Shown piece after piece: positions 43,384 to 53,087 of a stretch of DNA of 64,000 nucleotides. The notes beneath the pieces are model-generated. The model did not search any database and was not told the DNA's origin. It saw only the letters and a program-made list of their open reading frames with translations. Positions within the stretch are counted from its first letter, which is position 1, and the number at the start of each line of letters is the position of its first letter. Made by a program: the position numbers and the translations under genes. Source of the DNA: an uncultured Holophagales bacterium (GTDB lineage: Bacteria > Acidobacteriota > Thermoanaerobaculia > Multivoradales > UBA5704); assembly GCA_963842525.1 (NCBI GenBank), contig CAWJGT010000025.1:128001-192000 (forward strand). The letters run 5' to 3'.

Positions 43384-44679
43384 ATGAGCTACAACATCAA
43401 ATTCGAGGATCGCACCCTGCGCGGTCTCCGCGTTCCCGATGGCAAGGACAGGCAGGAATGGAGTGACACTGTGGTCCCGGGGCTTCGCTTCCGCAAGAGC
43501 GACAAGGGGCATGGCTCCTTCTCCGTCGTCTATAGGGTCAAAGGCCAGGACAAGCAGGACCGCAGGACCATCGGACCCTTCCCTCGCGTCTCCATCGCTC
43601 AGGCCCGCGAGGAGGCGCGACAGGATCTTAACGCCGCCAGCTCGGGACGTGACCCGAAGAAGCTCCGGATGGTTCCTCCCGAGGCACCCGAGGTCCACCA
43701 GATGACCTTCGCGGAGCTCTTCGAGCTCTACATGGAGCGTCACGCTCGCGACCATCTCGCGACTTGGTACGACGTCCAGCGGCGGGTCCGCAAGGATGTG
43801 ATTCCCGTCATCGGCCAGATGCCCGCCGGCGAGGTGCGCAAGCGCCATCTCCATCTGGTCATCGACCGGCTCGTCACCGGGGGGCACGCCGTCAGCGCTC
43901 GCGGCCTGCTGTATGTGATCTCGGCCATCTTCACCTGGGCCGAGGGGCGCGAGCTCGTCGAGTACAACCCGGTCCGGCGCTTCCCTTACCCGAAGCCGGC
44001 CGCGCCTCCTCAGCGCAGGAGCCTCTCCGACGATCAGCTCCGGGCGCTGTGGTTCGCCCTTCTGGAGATCGCCGACCATTCGGTGCCCGATAAACAGGAG
44101 GAGCAGAGCAACGGCCGGTTCACCACGACCCGGGATCTCTTCGCCCTGGTGGTGCTGACGCGGCTTCTGCTGGGCCAACGCACCACCGAAACCGTCGGCA
44201 TGCGCCGCCAGGACCTAGAGGCTCAGTGGTGGAATCTGCCGGGCTACATCGGGCGGCGGCGGTATACGAAGACGGGACGGGATCACCGGGTGCCGCTGGT
44301 GCCGCTGTGGAGCGAGTATGTGCTGCCACGGGTGGAGAGGCTGAGTGCTGGGCGGCCGTATGTCTTCCCCAGCGACCGGCTGCAGGACCAGCACCTCCAC
44401 GCCGAGAGCATCACGTCGTTCTGTTCCCGGGTGTCGGCCAAGGTGGGCTTCCCCTTCGCGGCTCGCAACCTGCGGACGACGTTCCTGACCTCCATGGCTC
44501 GGCTTGGTGTGCCGCAGGAGGTCCGGCGACGGCTGGTCAACCACAGCGATGGGACCGTCGAGACGATCCACTACAACCTTTATGACTACGACGCTGAAAA
44601 GTGGGCGGCCGGGCTGCGTTGGGATGCCCATCTACGCAGCATCTTCGCCGGCGAGGCAGCCCAGGCTGGGCAGGCCTAG
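43384..44679 (+). CDS. Tyrosine integrase with N-terminal arm-binding domain
   Basis: WSDTVVPGLRFR...TIGPFPRVSIAQAR arm domain; LGQRTTE, TKTGRDHRVPL, RNLRTT, LVNH, HYNLY. Confidence 0.9.
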   Translation: MSYNIKFEDRTLRGLRVPDGKDRQEWSDTVVPGLRFRKSDKGHGSFSVVYRVKGQDKQDRRTIGPFPRVSIAQAREEARQDLNAASSGRDPKKLRMVPPEAPEVHQMTFAELFELYMERHARDHLATWYDVQRRVRKDVIPVIGQMPAGEVRKRHLHLVIDRLVTGGHAVSARGLLYVISAIFTWAEGRELVEYNPVRRFPYPKPAAPPQRRSLSDDQLRALWFALLEIADHSVPDKQEEQSNGRFTTTRDLFALVVLTRLLLGQRTTETVGMRRQDLEAQWWNLPGYIGRRRYTKTGRDHRVPLVPLWSEYVLPRVERLSAGRPYVFPSDRLQDQHLHAESITSFCSRVSAKVGFPFAARNLRTTFLTSMARLGVPQEVRRRLVNHSDGTVETIHYNLYDYDAEKWAAGLRWDAHLRSIFAGEAAQAGQA

Positions 44680-44927
44680 GCGGCCCAATCGCGCCGGCCC
44701 TCTTGCCATTCACGCAGCTTGTCCACGCGAAAGGCTTCCCTTCCGGGACTGAGAGTCTCGGGGGCAGGGAACCGGCCGGCCGCGATTTCCCGCCGCAACG
44801 TAGAGCGGGATAAGCTTGACCAACTGATCACCTCGGGCCAGGTCATGAACCGGGGGAGCACTTCACGGACGTTGGACAACGTGTACCGACTCGGCAGTGG
44901 CTGCTGCGGTCTGTGGACGTTTTTCAT
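44676..44927 (-). CDS. AlpA family regulator / excisionase
   Basis: EV....SLSRSTLRREIAAGRFPAP; convergent with the integrase. Confidence 0.8.
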   Translation of the reverse strand: MKNVHRPQQPLPSRYTLSNVREVLPRFMTWPEVISWSSLSRSTLRREIAAGRFPAPETLSPGREAFRVDKLREWQEGRRDWAA

Positions 44928-45021
44928 CGGTTTTACCTCGTATGAACTTGTATTGGCTGATGGCCCTGGCCGAGGGCGACACACAGAAAGCGCGCGAGCT
45001 GGCCGGCGTAGGTCGCGACTC

Positions 45022-45423
45022 TCACTTGCGTTTCCTGCGAGCCGGCGCGGGTTGGTGGTTGCGGTAGCGCTTGAGAACGGTGCGGATACCCTCGGCGGTT
45101 AACGGGCCTCGTGCCCCTGGAAACACGGGCTCGGGCACGGCCCAGAGCCGGCTTTCCATCAGCCAGGCGAGCAGCCGGGCTCCGAGGTCGGTGGGCAGAG
45201 GGGCGGACCAAGTGATGCCTTGGCGATGGACCGCAATGACGAGCTTGCTGTCGGCCATGGTGATGGCCGAGGCCTGGAGGGCTGCGATCTCGACGGCACT
45301 CAGGCCCGCCGCGATGAGAGCGAGGAGGGCGCCGTCACGTAGCCCCACGGCCTTGCCGGAATACACCCTGCCGGGATCGACGCGGGGAAGGAGCTTGTGA
45401 GCGTGGTTCGGATCGAGACGCAT
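45022..45423 (-). CDS. Short tyrosine-recombinase-like protein lacking catalytic residues
   Basis: GLRDGALLAL..AGLSAVEIAAL...VFPG...LT..GIR.VLKRY; catalytic Arg replaced by Ser, no HxxR/Y box. Confidence 0.55.
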   Translation of the reverse strand: MRLDPNHAHKLLPRVDPGRVYSGKAVGLRDGALLALIAAGLSAVEIAALQASAITMADSKLVIAVHRQGITWSAPLPTDLGARLLAWLMESRLWAVPEPVFPGARGPLTAEGIRTVLKRYRNHQPAPARRKRK

Positions 45424-45689
45424 CAGGATGGCTCCCGGTGTTGCACGGCGTGGCGGCCCTGAGATCGCTCAGCGAAGGCACAAGAGATTCCGGTACTTCG
45501 GGCGGTGCTTGCGCCTCTGCAGGTCGCATGGCCGCCCGGCCAAGGTGTGGAGGCGGCGATTGCTGCTCCGACCGGAGCGGGTGCACGGCGGGAGCCGCTC
45601 TCCTCTTTCCTCTTTCCCAGCCGGGCTGGGTGGGGGAAAGTTGAGCGGGCCACCGGTGCTTGTAGGTTCCAGGGTGATGGGTTGGTCAT
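45423..45689 (-). CDS. Possible small hypothetical protein
   Basis: GAGGAG RBS, stop abuts the next ATG, leader shared with 46575; no recognisable domain. Confidence 0.3.
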   Translation of the reverse strand: MTNPSPWNLQAPVARSTFPHPARLGKRKEESGSRRAPAPVGAAIAASTPWPGGHATCRGASTARSTGISCAFAERSQGRHAVQHREPS

Positions 45690-45900
45690 CTTGGCTCCTC
45701 TCTCTGTCGGAGAGCAGGTTCCTTCGAGGAGCGCAAGACTTCCAAACCGACAGGAGGGCGAAATTTTGCGTAAGTCATTCGTACTAAAGGCGATTGACGG
45801 CTGAGGGCACAGGCAAATTGTCGAGAATAATCTCGACAATTCGGAGTCTGGACGCCTTCCGCCGCCGCAGAGTCGCGCGGGATGTGCTCCCGATCCGTGT

Positions 45901-46575
45901 TCAGGGGGCCGCAAGGAACCTCCATACCCTGGCCTGTCGGCGGGCGCGGTCTTTCTCGCTGTAGGTCGCTGCTGGGGCGATGAGGCCCACCTTTTTCGCC
46001 CGGTGCAGGGACTGGTTGGCCGTCTGAGGGCTGACACCCAGGACATCCGCGGCGTCCCGGCAGGCGAGGAAGAACTCTCCTCCATGGCTCCGCTGCCCGA
46101 GCCAGTAGCAGAGCGATGCCAGGCTGCGGAGGGTTGCGTCGCCGGGGTGGCTGAAGCGCAGCCCCAAGTCGAGAGGGCTGGCCTCGGCCAGCCGGGCGGC
46201 TTCCTTCACGAAGGAACCCAGGAGGTACGGCGAGGTGACCGCGTCCCAGGCTGCGATAAAGTCGGTCCGGGGATCGCTGAGCTGGTTGCAGGAGTCGAAG
46301 TCTTGCAGGCCGAGGTCGAGCCAAGGATTGGGAGACTCGGGATACATCTCGGCCAACTCGGCATCGAGGCGAGCTGTCGCCGCTTCAGCATCGAGACCGG
46401 TCAGCTCGCCATGCTCTTTGAGGCATCTCGCGAACAGCCAGGCAGGGCTCCGGTAGTCTTTCGGCTGCCTGGAACCGAGGTGCTCCAGGAGCTCTCTCGT
46501 GCTCCGGCTCGCTGCCCTCGCAAGGAGCTTGCGAAGCTCGGAATTTCCTTTCGCGGACGGTGATCGGCTCGGCAT
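45901..46575 (-). CDS. Hypothetical protein with C-terminal winged HTH (replication-protein-like)
   Basis: FFLACRDAADVLGVSPQTANQSLHRAKKVGLI...ARVWRF; GGAGAG RBS. Confidence 0.6.
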   Translation of the reverse strand: MPSRSPSAKGNSELRKLLARAASRSTRELLEHLGSRQPKDYRSPAWLFARCLKEHGELTGLDAEAATARLDAELAEMYPESPNPWLDLGLQDFDSCNQLSDPRTDFIAAWDAVTSPYLLGSFVKEAARLAEASPLDLGLRFSHPGDATLRSLASLCYWLGQRSHGGEFFLACRDAADVLGVSPQTANQSLHRAKKVGLIAPAATYSEKDRARRQARVWRFLAAP

Positions 46576-46844
46576 CTTGCTCTCTCCTTCCCAGCGAGCA
46601 GATTGCTCCCCGGAGCGCAAGACCTCCAAACCGGCAGGAAGGCCAGATCTGGCGTAAACGACTCAATACACTGGGGATATATGGTTCACAGCGAGAGAAA
46701 AGTTGTCCTGTTGAACAGGACAACTTTGACGGCACTAGGAATTTCTTGTTGCTAACAGCCAGCTTGACACAGGAGGCTCAAGCTACTCAGGGAGATTCAA
46801 GAAACCCACAGAATCTTGTATTCAGGTAGGGAGGAAGGGAAGGT

Positions 46845-47402
46845 TCTTGGGCTTCTTGAGTTTCTTGGGTTTCTTTGCGCTTCTTGTGTCAGCTACCACG
46901 AGCTACTCCAGGTCAGGTATTGACTCAACTCAAACCAAGGTGCTCCGTCCGGCCCCGCAGGGGCCGAGACCGAAGGTCTCCGGCGCCGGTGTCAAAGGGC
47001 GCAGCCCGCTGCACCCTTTTCTGCCAAAAAGGGATGCACTCCGCTTCGCCCTTTTCCCACGAAAAGGTGGTCCATAGGCGTGGCGCTTTTCAGCGCAAGC
47101 GCCGGAGGCGCGACGGCAGACGGCAGGGGATGACACGGACGAGCACAGACGGGCACGAGGCCGGCTCCGAAAACCTGGCTGCCTGCTTCCGGTTTCTCAC
47201 CGGAAAACCGGCTGCGGGCAGCCGATTTTCCCCCGAAACTCGCTGTCGGCAGCCAGTTTTCCTTCCCGAGCGAGCAAAGATGGCAAGGACTGACACGGCC
47301 GGGCACGGCGACACGGCCGGCGGGGGAAACGGGTCAGGGAAAAAAGGGTGCGCTCGGCCGCACCCTTTTGCGCAGAAAGGGTGCGCTCCACCGCACCCTT
47401 TT
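46845..47402. repeat. Non-coding region of nested short palindrome clusters and 9-10 bp tandem repeats
   Basis: TTCTTG(G/A)G tandem repeats; AAAGGGTGCG-N6-CGCACCCTTT x4-5; AAAACCGGCTGC-N2-GCAGCCGATTTT-like x3; CACGG(A/C)C repeats. Confidence 0.7.
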
Positions 47403-47407
47403 CGACC

Positions 47408-48698
47408 TCACGCACGTGCCCGGGCGAGGGTGGCGGCGACATCGCGGGCAAGGTCGGCGGTGGCGGTTTCGCGGCGGGCGGCTTCTTGGAAGACGAGGAG
47501 GGCGGCCAGGGCTTCTCGGGGGAGATCCAGGTCTCGGAAGACGGTGACCATCTCGTCGGCCAGGCGGCGGACTTCGGCAGCACTTCCCTCCCCCATGTAT
47601 GAGATCGCCAGATCCAGGGCGGCGAGGGCGGCATCGAATGTGTTGCCGTCGTCGAGGAACTTCTGGCGGACCTCGGCCAGGAGATCGCGGGCCCGGGCCT
47701 AGTCTCCCAGGCCGGCGGCGATGCGGCCCTCCACCCATTCCAGGCGGACTCGGTCGAGGGTGCTCCCGTGGGCTGCGGCGACTGCCTTCAGCTCCGGGAG
47801 AAGGTCGGCTGCCTCGGAGTGGCGGCCGGCTTTCGAGAGGCTGTCCACGAGATTGTGGCGAACGCAGAGGACGAGGCGCGGCTCCCGGGCCGGGTCGATG
47901 AGTCCGTTTGCCTTCCTCAGGGCCTCGATGGCGGCCTCCGGTTCGCCCAGCTCGATGAGCGCGCCGGCTTTCAAGATGAGGCTTCGGCCGGCGAGGTGCG
48001 GATCCCGGTGCTCGGGTTGACCCTCCAGGAAGAGGGCCACGGCCTGGTCGAGCAGCTCGAAGGCTTCGGGAAAGCGGCGCTGCGCCACGCGAAGGGAGGC
48101 CTTCAGGTCCAGGAGGACAGGCTCATAGCCCAGGGCGTCTTCGGAGCCCTCGGTTCCCGCCTCCCACCAGGAGTCCGACATCTCGAAGCACCGCTCGCCT
48201 GCGGGCAGATCGCCCTGCACTCGGCGGGCGTTGCCGAGCCCGGCCCAGGCAAGGCTTCGGAGCTGGTAGACCCAGGGCTCCTCGAACAGCTCGCTGTCTG
48301 AGATCCTGTCGGCCACGTGGACGGCGAGGTCGGCGAGGTGGAGGGCCTCCGCCGGCTGCTCCGGCGCGGTCTGACAGCTCCTGCGGACCAGCAGCTCGCA
48401 GAGGGCCCCAGCTCACGAAGCGCGGGTCGGCGTGGAGGCGGGCGAGGCGCTCCTCCGGATCGAACGGCGCGAGCTCCTGCAGGAGCCGGGGGGCCTCGGC
48501 TCGTGACCGGGCGAGGGCGGCGTCGATTGACCGAAGACGGGAGGGAGGGCGTTGGCCTGGTGAAGCTCGAGGAGCCAGCCGCCGACCTCTCTACAGCGGG
48601 GACAGAGGTCCAGCAGGTGGAAGAGCTGCTCATTCTGCTCCGCGGTCCGTGGCGAGCAGACGCTCCAAAGCGGCGGTGTCGAGATGCTTGTGCTCCAT
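47408..48698 (-). pseudogene. TPR-like helical-repeat protein with N-terminal HxxxxCxxC; several frameshifts and an in-frame TAG at 47699
   Basis: ATG at 48698 after GAGGAG; fragments MEHKHLDTAALERLL, EQLFHLLDLCPRC, AWAGLGNARRVQGD, WVEGRIAAGLGD*ARARDLL...DAALAALDLA...REALAAL. Confidence 0.7.
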
Positions 48699-48812
48699 GC
48701 GATCTCTCCTCGGGTTGTTCCTGGCGGAGAAGAATAGCGTAGGTACGGAACATCGAGAAGGCTGATGGCGAAAATGCGGGCCGGAAATCTGCCGCCCGGC
48801 CCGCAAGCACGC

Positions 48813-49094
48813 TCAAGGACGGCCGTTGGGATCGAGGATGGAGCCGTTTTCGCTGCCGGGCTCGGAACTCGTGCTGGCGCCGTTCGGTTCGAGGGCGGAG
48901 CCGTTCTCGCTCCAGAAGGCGGAGAGGAAGCTCCAGAGCTGGGCGAAGAGGCCTGGGGTGACCTGCGGGTGCTCGGCGGCCGAGTGGATGGTGTGGCCCT
49001 GGGGTAGGGCCTTGGCGTGGACGGGGGCGAGGAGGATGAAGGCCAGCAGGGCCAGAGTGAGGAGGATGGGGGGGCGGGCGGGGTATCGGGGCAT
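48813..49094 (-). CDS. Small secreted peptide precursor with duplicated SENGSxL(D/E)PNG motif
   Basis: Signal peptide ending VHA, amphipathic LWSFLSAFW, motifs SENGSALEPNG and SENGSILDPNG; AGGAG RBS. Confidence 0.75.
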   Translation of the reverse strand: MPRYPARPPILLTLALLAFILLAPVHAKALPQGHTIHSAAEHPQVTPGLFAQLWSFLSAFWSENGSALEPNGASTSSEPGSENGSILDPNGRP

Positions 49095-49414
49095 GGGATC
49101 TCCTGAGGGCCGCCGCGGCTCGGGCCTTTATGGCCGGAGGGGGAGAGGCCTTCAGGATGAAGTGTGCACTGCCCTACCTGGAAAGAGCTGAGATGCTGGG
49201 ACTGGGACGGATACGGAGGGCTCTCGGGCAGAGCTGAGCGGGGCCGGGGCGTGGCAGTAGGGCCTCAACTGCCCGCCTGGATGCGGGGGTGGCCGAGGGG
49301 GCGAAGGGCCCTCTGGCGGGTGGGTGGGGGCCACGGTCGGTCAGAGAAACGGGTAGCACCTATCCGGGGTGGAACTGGGCCAGTGTTCCCAGAAGCGCGT
49401 CACTACCGCTAGGT

Positions 49415-51301
49415 TCAACGCCCGGGCTTCGGTCTCCAAGGGGCGAAGGTTCGATGCCAACGCCCGGGAGAAGCTTTTGGTTGGAGGAACTTCCTTCGTG
49501 CAAGTCGCGTGACAGTATGATTTGGCCCCAGGCCCAGCTCAAAGACCTCTACCATCCCCTGTAATGTTGGCCCGATCGTCGAATCGACCCCGCCTTCCAA
49601 GAAGACGCTCTTGTCCATCATCGAGGCCAGACGGAGCATTGGTTGCTCCGGAAAACGGATCGTTTCGTCAAGGTCCAGAGGAAAGAAAGAGTCGAGCAGT
49701 CGCAGACAGCGGCCTATCCATTCCTTACGGCGTATTTCAGGTGTCCTGGTTCTGAGGACCAATTGAACAACTCGGTGGACAAGAAATTTTTGATTCTAAC
49801 GAGTTATCATGGAATAGGAGGCCAGCTTAGCCAGAGCCTCTCGAACGGACTCCGCAGTCGGAGGCTGGCGAGTTTCCTTCCGAAAGGCTTTCGTCGCTTC
49901 TTCGACCAGAGCAGTGCTCTTCTCGAACATAGACTCGGGAATTGGATCTGGGGCGAGAAAGGCAGCTAGTCGCAGGATAGAAGCCGCCTTGGGCCGAAGT
50001 TGGCGAAAAGTTGTCTGCCAAGTTGTGGCCACAGAGAAGGGGTACTCCATAATACTATCGTCGTGCCACTCCAAAACTTCTTCGCGTTCTCTCTCCCATT
50101 CCTTCAGGTACTCGCGGAATGTAATCTGATGATGGACAATGTAAGCGGCTGCTTGCTGAAGAGCCAGCGGAAGGCCGCCAAGAGTCATTGCCAGACGCCT
50201 GGCTTGCTCGACCTGATCTTCGGCACGCCGCCTTTCTCCCTCTGTGCACTGGAGAAGGAATTGCGTCGCTTCTTCTGAGCTCAATTCCCCAATCGGCTGC
50301 TTCCGAACGGTCGGCGGCCATTCCCTTCGACGCGAAGTCAGAATGACGTGGCCATTTGTGAGTTTAGGAAGAATCTCACGCACCGCCTTGGCCGAGTCCT
50401 CCGTATCTACGTTGTCAAGGATCAACAGCCAATTGGTATGTTCCCGGAGCCAACGGATGACCGCCCCGACCGATTCGTAAATTTCCAGCTCCTCTCCACT
50501 GACCGCTAACCATTTTTCGCGATTTAACAAATCCTTCCTTGGGTCGAATTCGGGTAGATTGAGAAGGCCAGGGCTTGCAAGGTCTGCCAAACCAGATTGA
50601 AGCGCCGAAGGCGAGTCTGCAACTACAAAAAATATTGCGTCATATTGGTCCCCTGAACGCCAAGCATATTCTACCGCCAGCCGGGTCTTGCCGATGCCGC
50701 CCAAACCAGAAATCGCCTGAGCCTGCGTAAGTGCCGTCGCCTGGGCAGAAGTGTTGAGGTTCACAATAAGACGCCGCAGTTCATCTTCCCTTCCTTTGAA
50801 GAGATCACCAAGAGGAGAGAGGGGGAGATTGTGGAGGCTAGGAGCGGCGGCAGGTGTAAGTGGCGGATGGCTCGGAAATGGATCTGGCGGTAGGAGCCGA
50901 ACTGCTTGAGCGAGACGCTCCAATTCCGGCTGAGAGAGGCCCTTCCGTAGGTCAATTCGCAAGAAGCCCTTTAGAAACAAGATAACGTCAGTAGCATCTT
51001 CCTGCAAGCCGGGGAGCAGTAAGGGTATAACAGGTATTTTCCGCTCGACATTTTGAGCGATGCAGGCTTCGATCTCGGGGACCTGCCATCGCCCCAGGCC
51101 ATGAGGGCCCAGGAAGATAATCGCTCCCGTAGTCTGTGCGATGACATCCTGGATTTCCTGCATCCAGCGCTCTCCAGGACCGAGTTCACGCTCGTCCATC
51201 CACACATGAACGCCGAGATTCTCCAAGGCCATCCGAACCCGATGGACAACCTCTCGGTCCTTGCTATTATAGCTGAAGAATACGCCGACGCTGTTGGTCA
51301 T
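49415..51301 (-). pseudogene. TIR + NB-ARC (STAND) protein; in-frame TAG at 49796; C-terminal repeats largely absent
   Basis: VFFSYNSKD TIR domain, GLGGIGKT, WLLILDNVD, GGLPLAL; frame continues LASYSMITR*NQKFLVHRVVQ into ORF 49415..49762. Confidence 0.8.
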
Positions 51302-51306
51302 GTAAA

Positions 51307-51550
51307 CTATACCCAGCCCACCAATTCCCGGCGAATCGTCTCGCCAGCACTTTCGATACCAGAACCGATATCCACGTATACGATCCCCGAAAGGTCAGAT
51401 GGTAGCTCCAAAGGTCCAGTGTACAGCAGGATCACGCGACCCCGCTTGCGCTGGAACTTCCCCAAAAAATAGCCTAATTCAAACACTACATTTTGACGAG
51501 AGCGGCGTTTCTCCTCGTTTGAGGACTCCGGCCCCACCACCCTATCGTCT
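51307..51550 (-). pseudogene. C-terminal fragment of a CAP12/Pycsar-type TIR-like domain
   Basis: RSRQNVVFELGYFLG...ELPSDLSGIVY; the N-terminal half is missing. Confidence 0.75.
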
Positions 51551-51619
51551 GGTGCATCGTGCCGCCGGCCATAGACCAAGACGCTCGGCTACGATCTCAC
51601 CCCGGAAGAGTGGCGGCTC

Positions 51620-51866
51620 TATGACGTGGGTGGCACCCCGGACCTTGGTGAGGGCGCCAAGCTCTTCGAGGCTCAGGGGGCGGCGGACCTGGCGGCGTGT
51701 TGAGACGCCGATGCCCTCCACGAGGAACCGGCTGCCGAAGGGGGCGACTCTCTGGATCTCGACGAGCTCGCCCGGCTCGAGGCCAGAGACGATGTCGCCG
51801 GGCTGGAGGTCGGGGCTCGAGCTTGAGCTCGGAGCCGGCGGACGGGGGTGGGAGGCCTGGGGTCAT
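51620..51866 (-). pseudogene. Probable N-terminal remnant of an SNF2-type helicase gene
   Basis: Hand translation LQPGDIVSGLEPGELVEIQRVAPFGSRFLVEGIG...RRPLSLEELGALTKVRG resembles N-termini I recall from defence-island SNF2 helicases; not verified. Confidence 0.4.
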
Positions 51867-52073
51867 GGGTGGACCAAGAGGGGGTCAGGGCCTTCCGCCT
51901 CGGGCCGGCGGGGCGAGCGGTGGTGGCTGGAGCTGTCGGTCATTCGGTGGTTATTGTAATTCGTGGGGAGGGTGGGGCTCAAGGGTGGGGGGGAGGGAGT
52001 CGTGGAGGGACTCACGGACGGTCACGGACCCTCACAGACCCTTCGGAGCTTCGGAAGGGCGGCTGCGCCGGGA

Positions 52074-52125
52074 CCCTCACCCCCTGGCCCCCTCTCCCAC
52101 ACGCACTCCCGCCCGGGCGAGAGGG
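52074..52125. repeat. Palindromic repeat family copy
   Basis: CCCTCACCCCCTGGCCCCCTCTCCC..CGCACTCCC. Confidence 0.65.
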
Positions 52126-52325
52126 CGTCTTCCCTTCCAGGAGTCGTGGCGGGTAAAATGGTATTATGCGTTCAGGTGCGTGGCCCAACAGGTCTGAGGG
52201 AGAAGCCTAGAAGCGTCGGTGCGGGACTCTCTCGGCACCAAAGAAGGTATATACGATTGGCCATGTCGCAATGTTATCGATTATCGGTGGCCCAACTCGA
52301 CGCACGGCTTCACTGGTGAGTAGAT

Positions 52326-53087
52326 ATGGCGTCAATGGCGTCAACAGATTCTCTGCTACATGAAGCTGAGCGGTGCGTACGCGACCGTCGCTACGCTGCT
52401 GCTCGCAGACTGCTTTCACCTGCCATGGATTCGTTGAGAGAGAAGGAGGATCCTGCTTCACTCTGCCATGCTCTTCTACTCGTTGGCACCTGCCAATTTG
52501 AACTTGGGGTGATTCCAGAGGCCAAGAAGCTCTTTGCGGAGGGCCTAGAAGTCGCGACGCGGAACAGATGCGATCAATGGATTCCAACCTTCCTGCATGA
52601 ACTCTCATTAGTCGCCTACAAAGAAGGAGAACTGACGGATTCTATTTCCTTTTGTGAGCGATCCATTGATATGTCCATTGACATTGCATTTGTGGAAATC
52701 GGACAAGGGATCACCGACGGATATGTCGACTATGATCTTAATCAGCTCGGCGGCGCTCTAAATCATTTGTGCGTTCTATACCAGGAGGCTGGCAATTACG
52801 AGAAGGCATTGAGTATACTAAACATGCTTCGCGCTAACTGTGAGCGCACATCTAACATTGATCTTTTGGGGGTTGTCCTTCATGAACTCGCATTGGCCTC
52901 TTTTGCTGTCGGTCGATACACTGAGGGAGCGCAATTCTTCGTCGATTCAATTCGAGAAAAGAAGAAAGTGGGAAACTTTGCCGGCATCAACAATTCCCTT
53001 AGGAGTCTTCAGACCTGCCTCCTCAAGTATCCGGACTCGCTCAAGGATTCAGAGGTACTCAACTTCTTAAAGGCCTATACCTCATGA
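52326..53087 (+). CDS. TPR protein
   Basis: Repeated TPR-like helices (HELSLVAYKEG, NHLCVLYQEAGNYEKAL, HELALASFAVGRY). Confidence 0.8.
   Translation: MASMASTDSLLHEAERCVRDRRYAAARRLLSPAMDSLREKEDPASLCHALLLVGTCQFELGVIPEAKKLFAEGLEVATRNRCDQWIPTFLHELSLVAYKEGELTDSISFCERSIDMSIDIAFVEIGQGITDGYVDYDLNQLGGALNHLCVLYQEAGNYEKALSILNMLRANCERTSNIDLLGVVLHELALASFAVGRYTEGAQFFVDSIREKKKVGNFAGINNSLRSLQTCLLKYPDSLKDSEVLNFLKAYTS

Noticed and set aside
47699-49798. TAG recoding in the island (two in-frame TAG codons)
   Set aside because: Integrase, AlpA and the HExxH gene end normally at TAG, and both affected genes show other damage; point mutation or consensus error is simpler.
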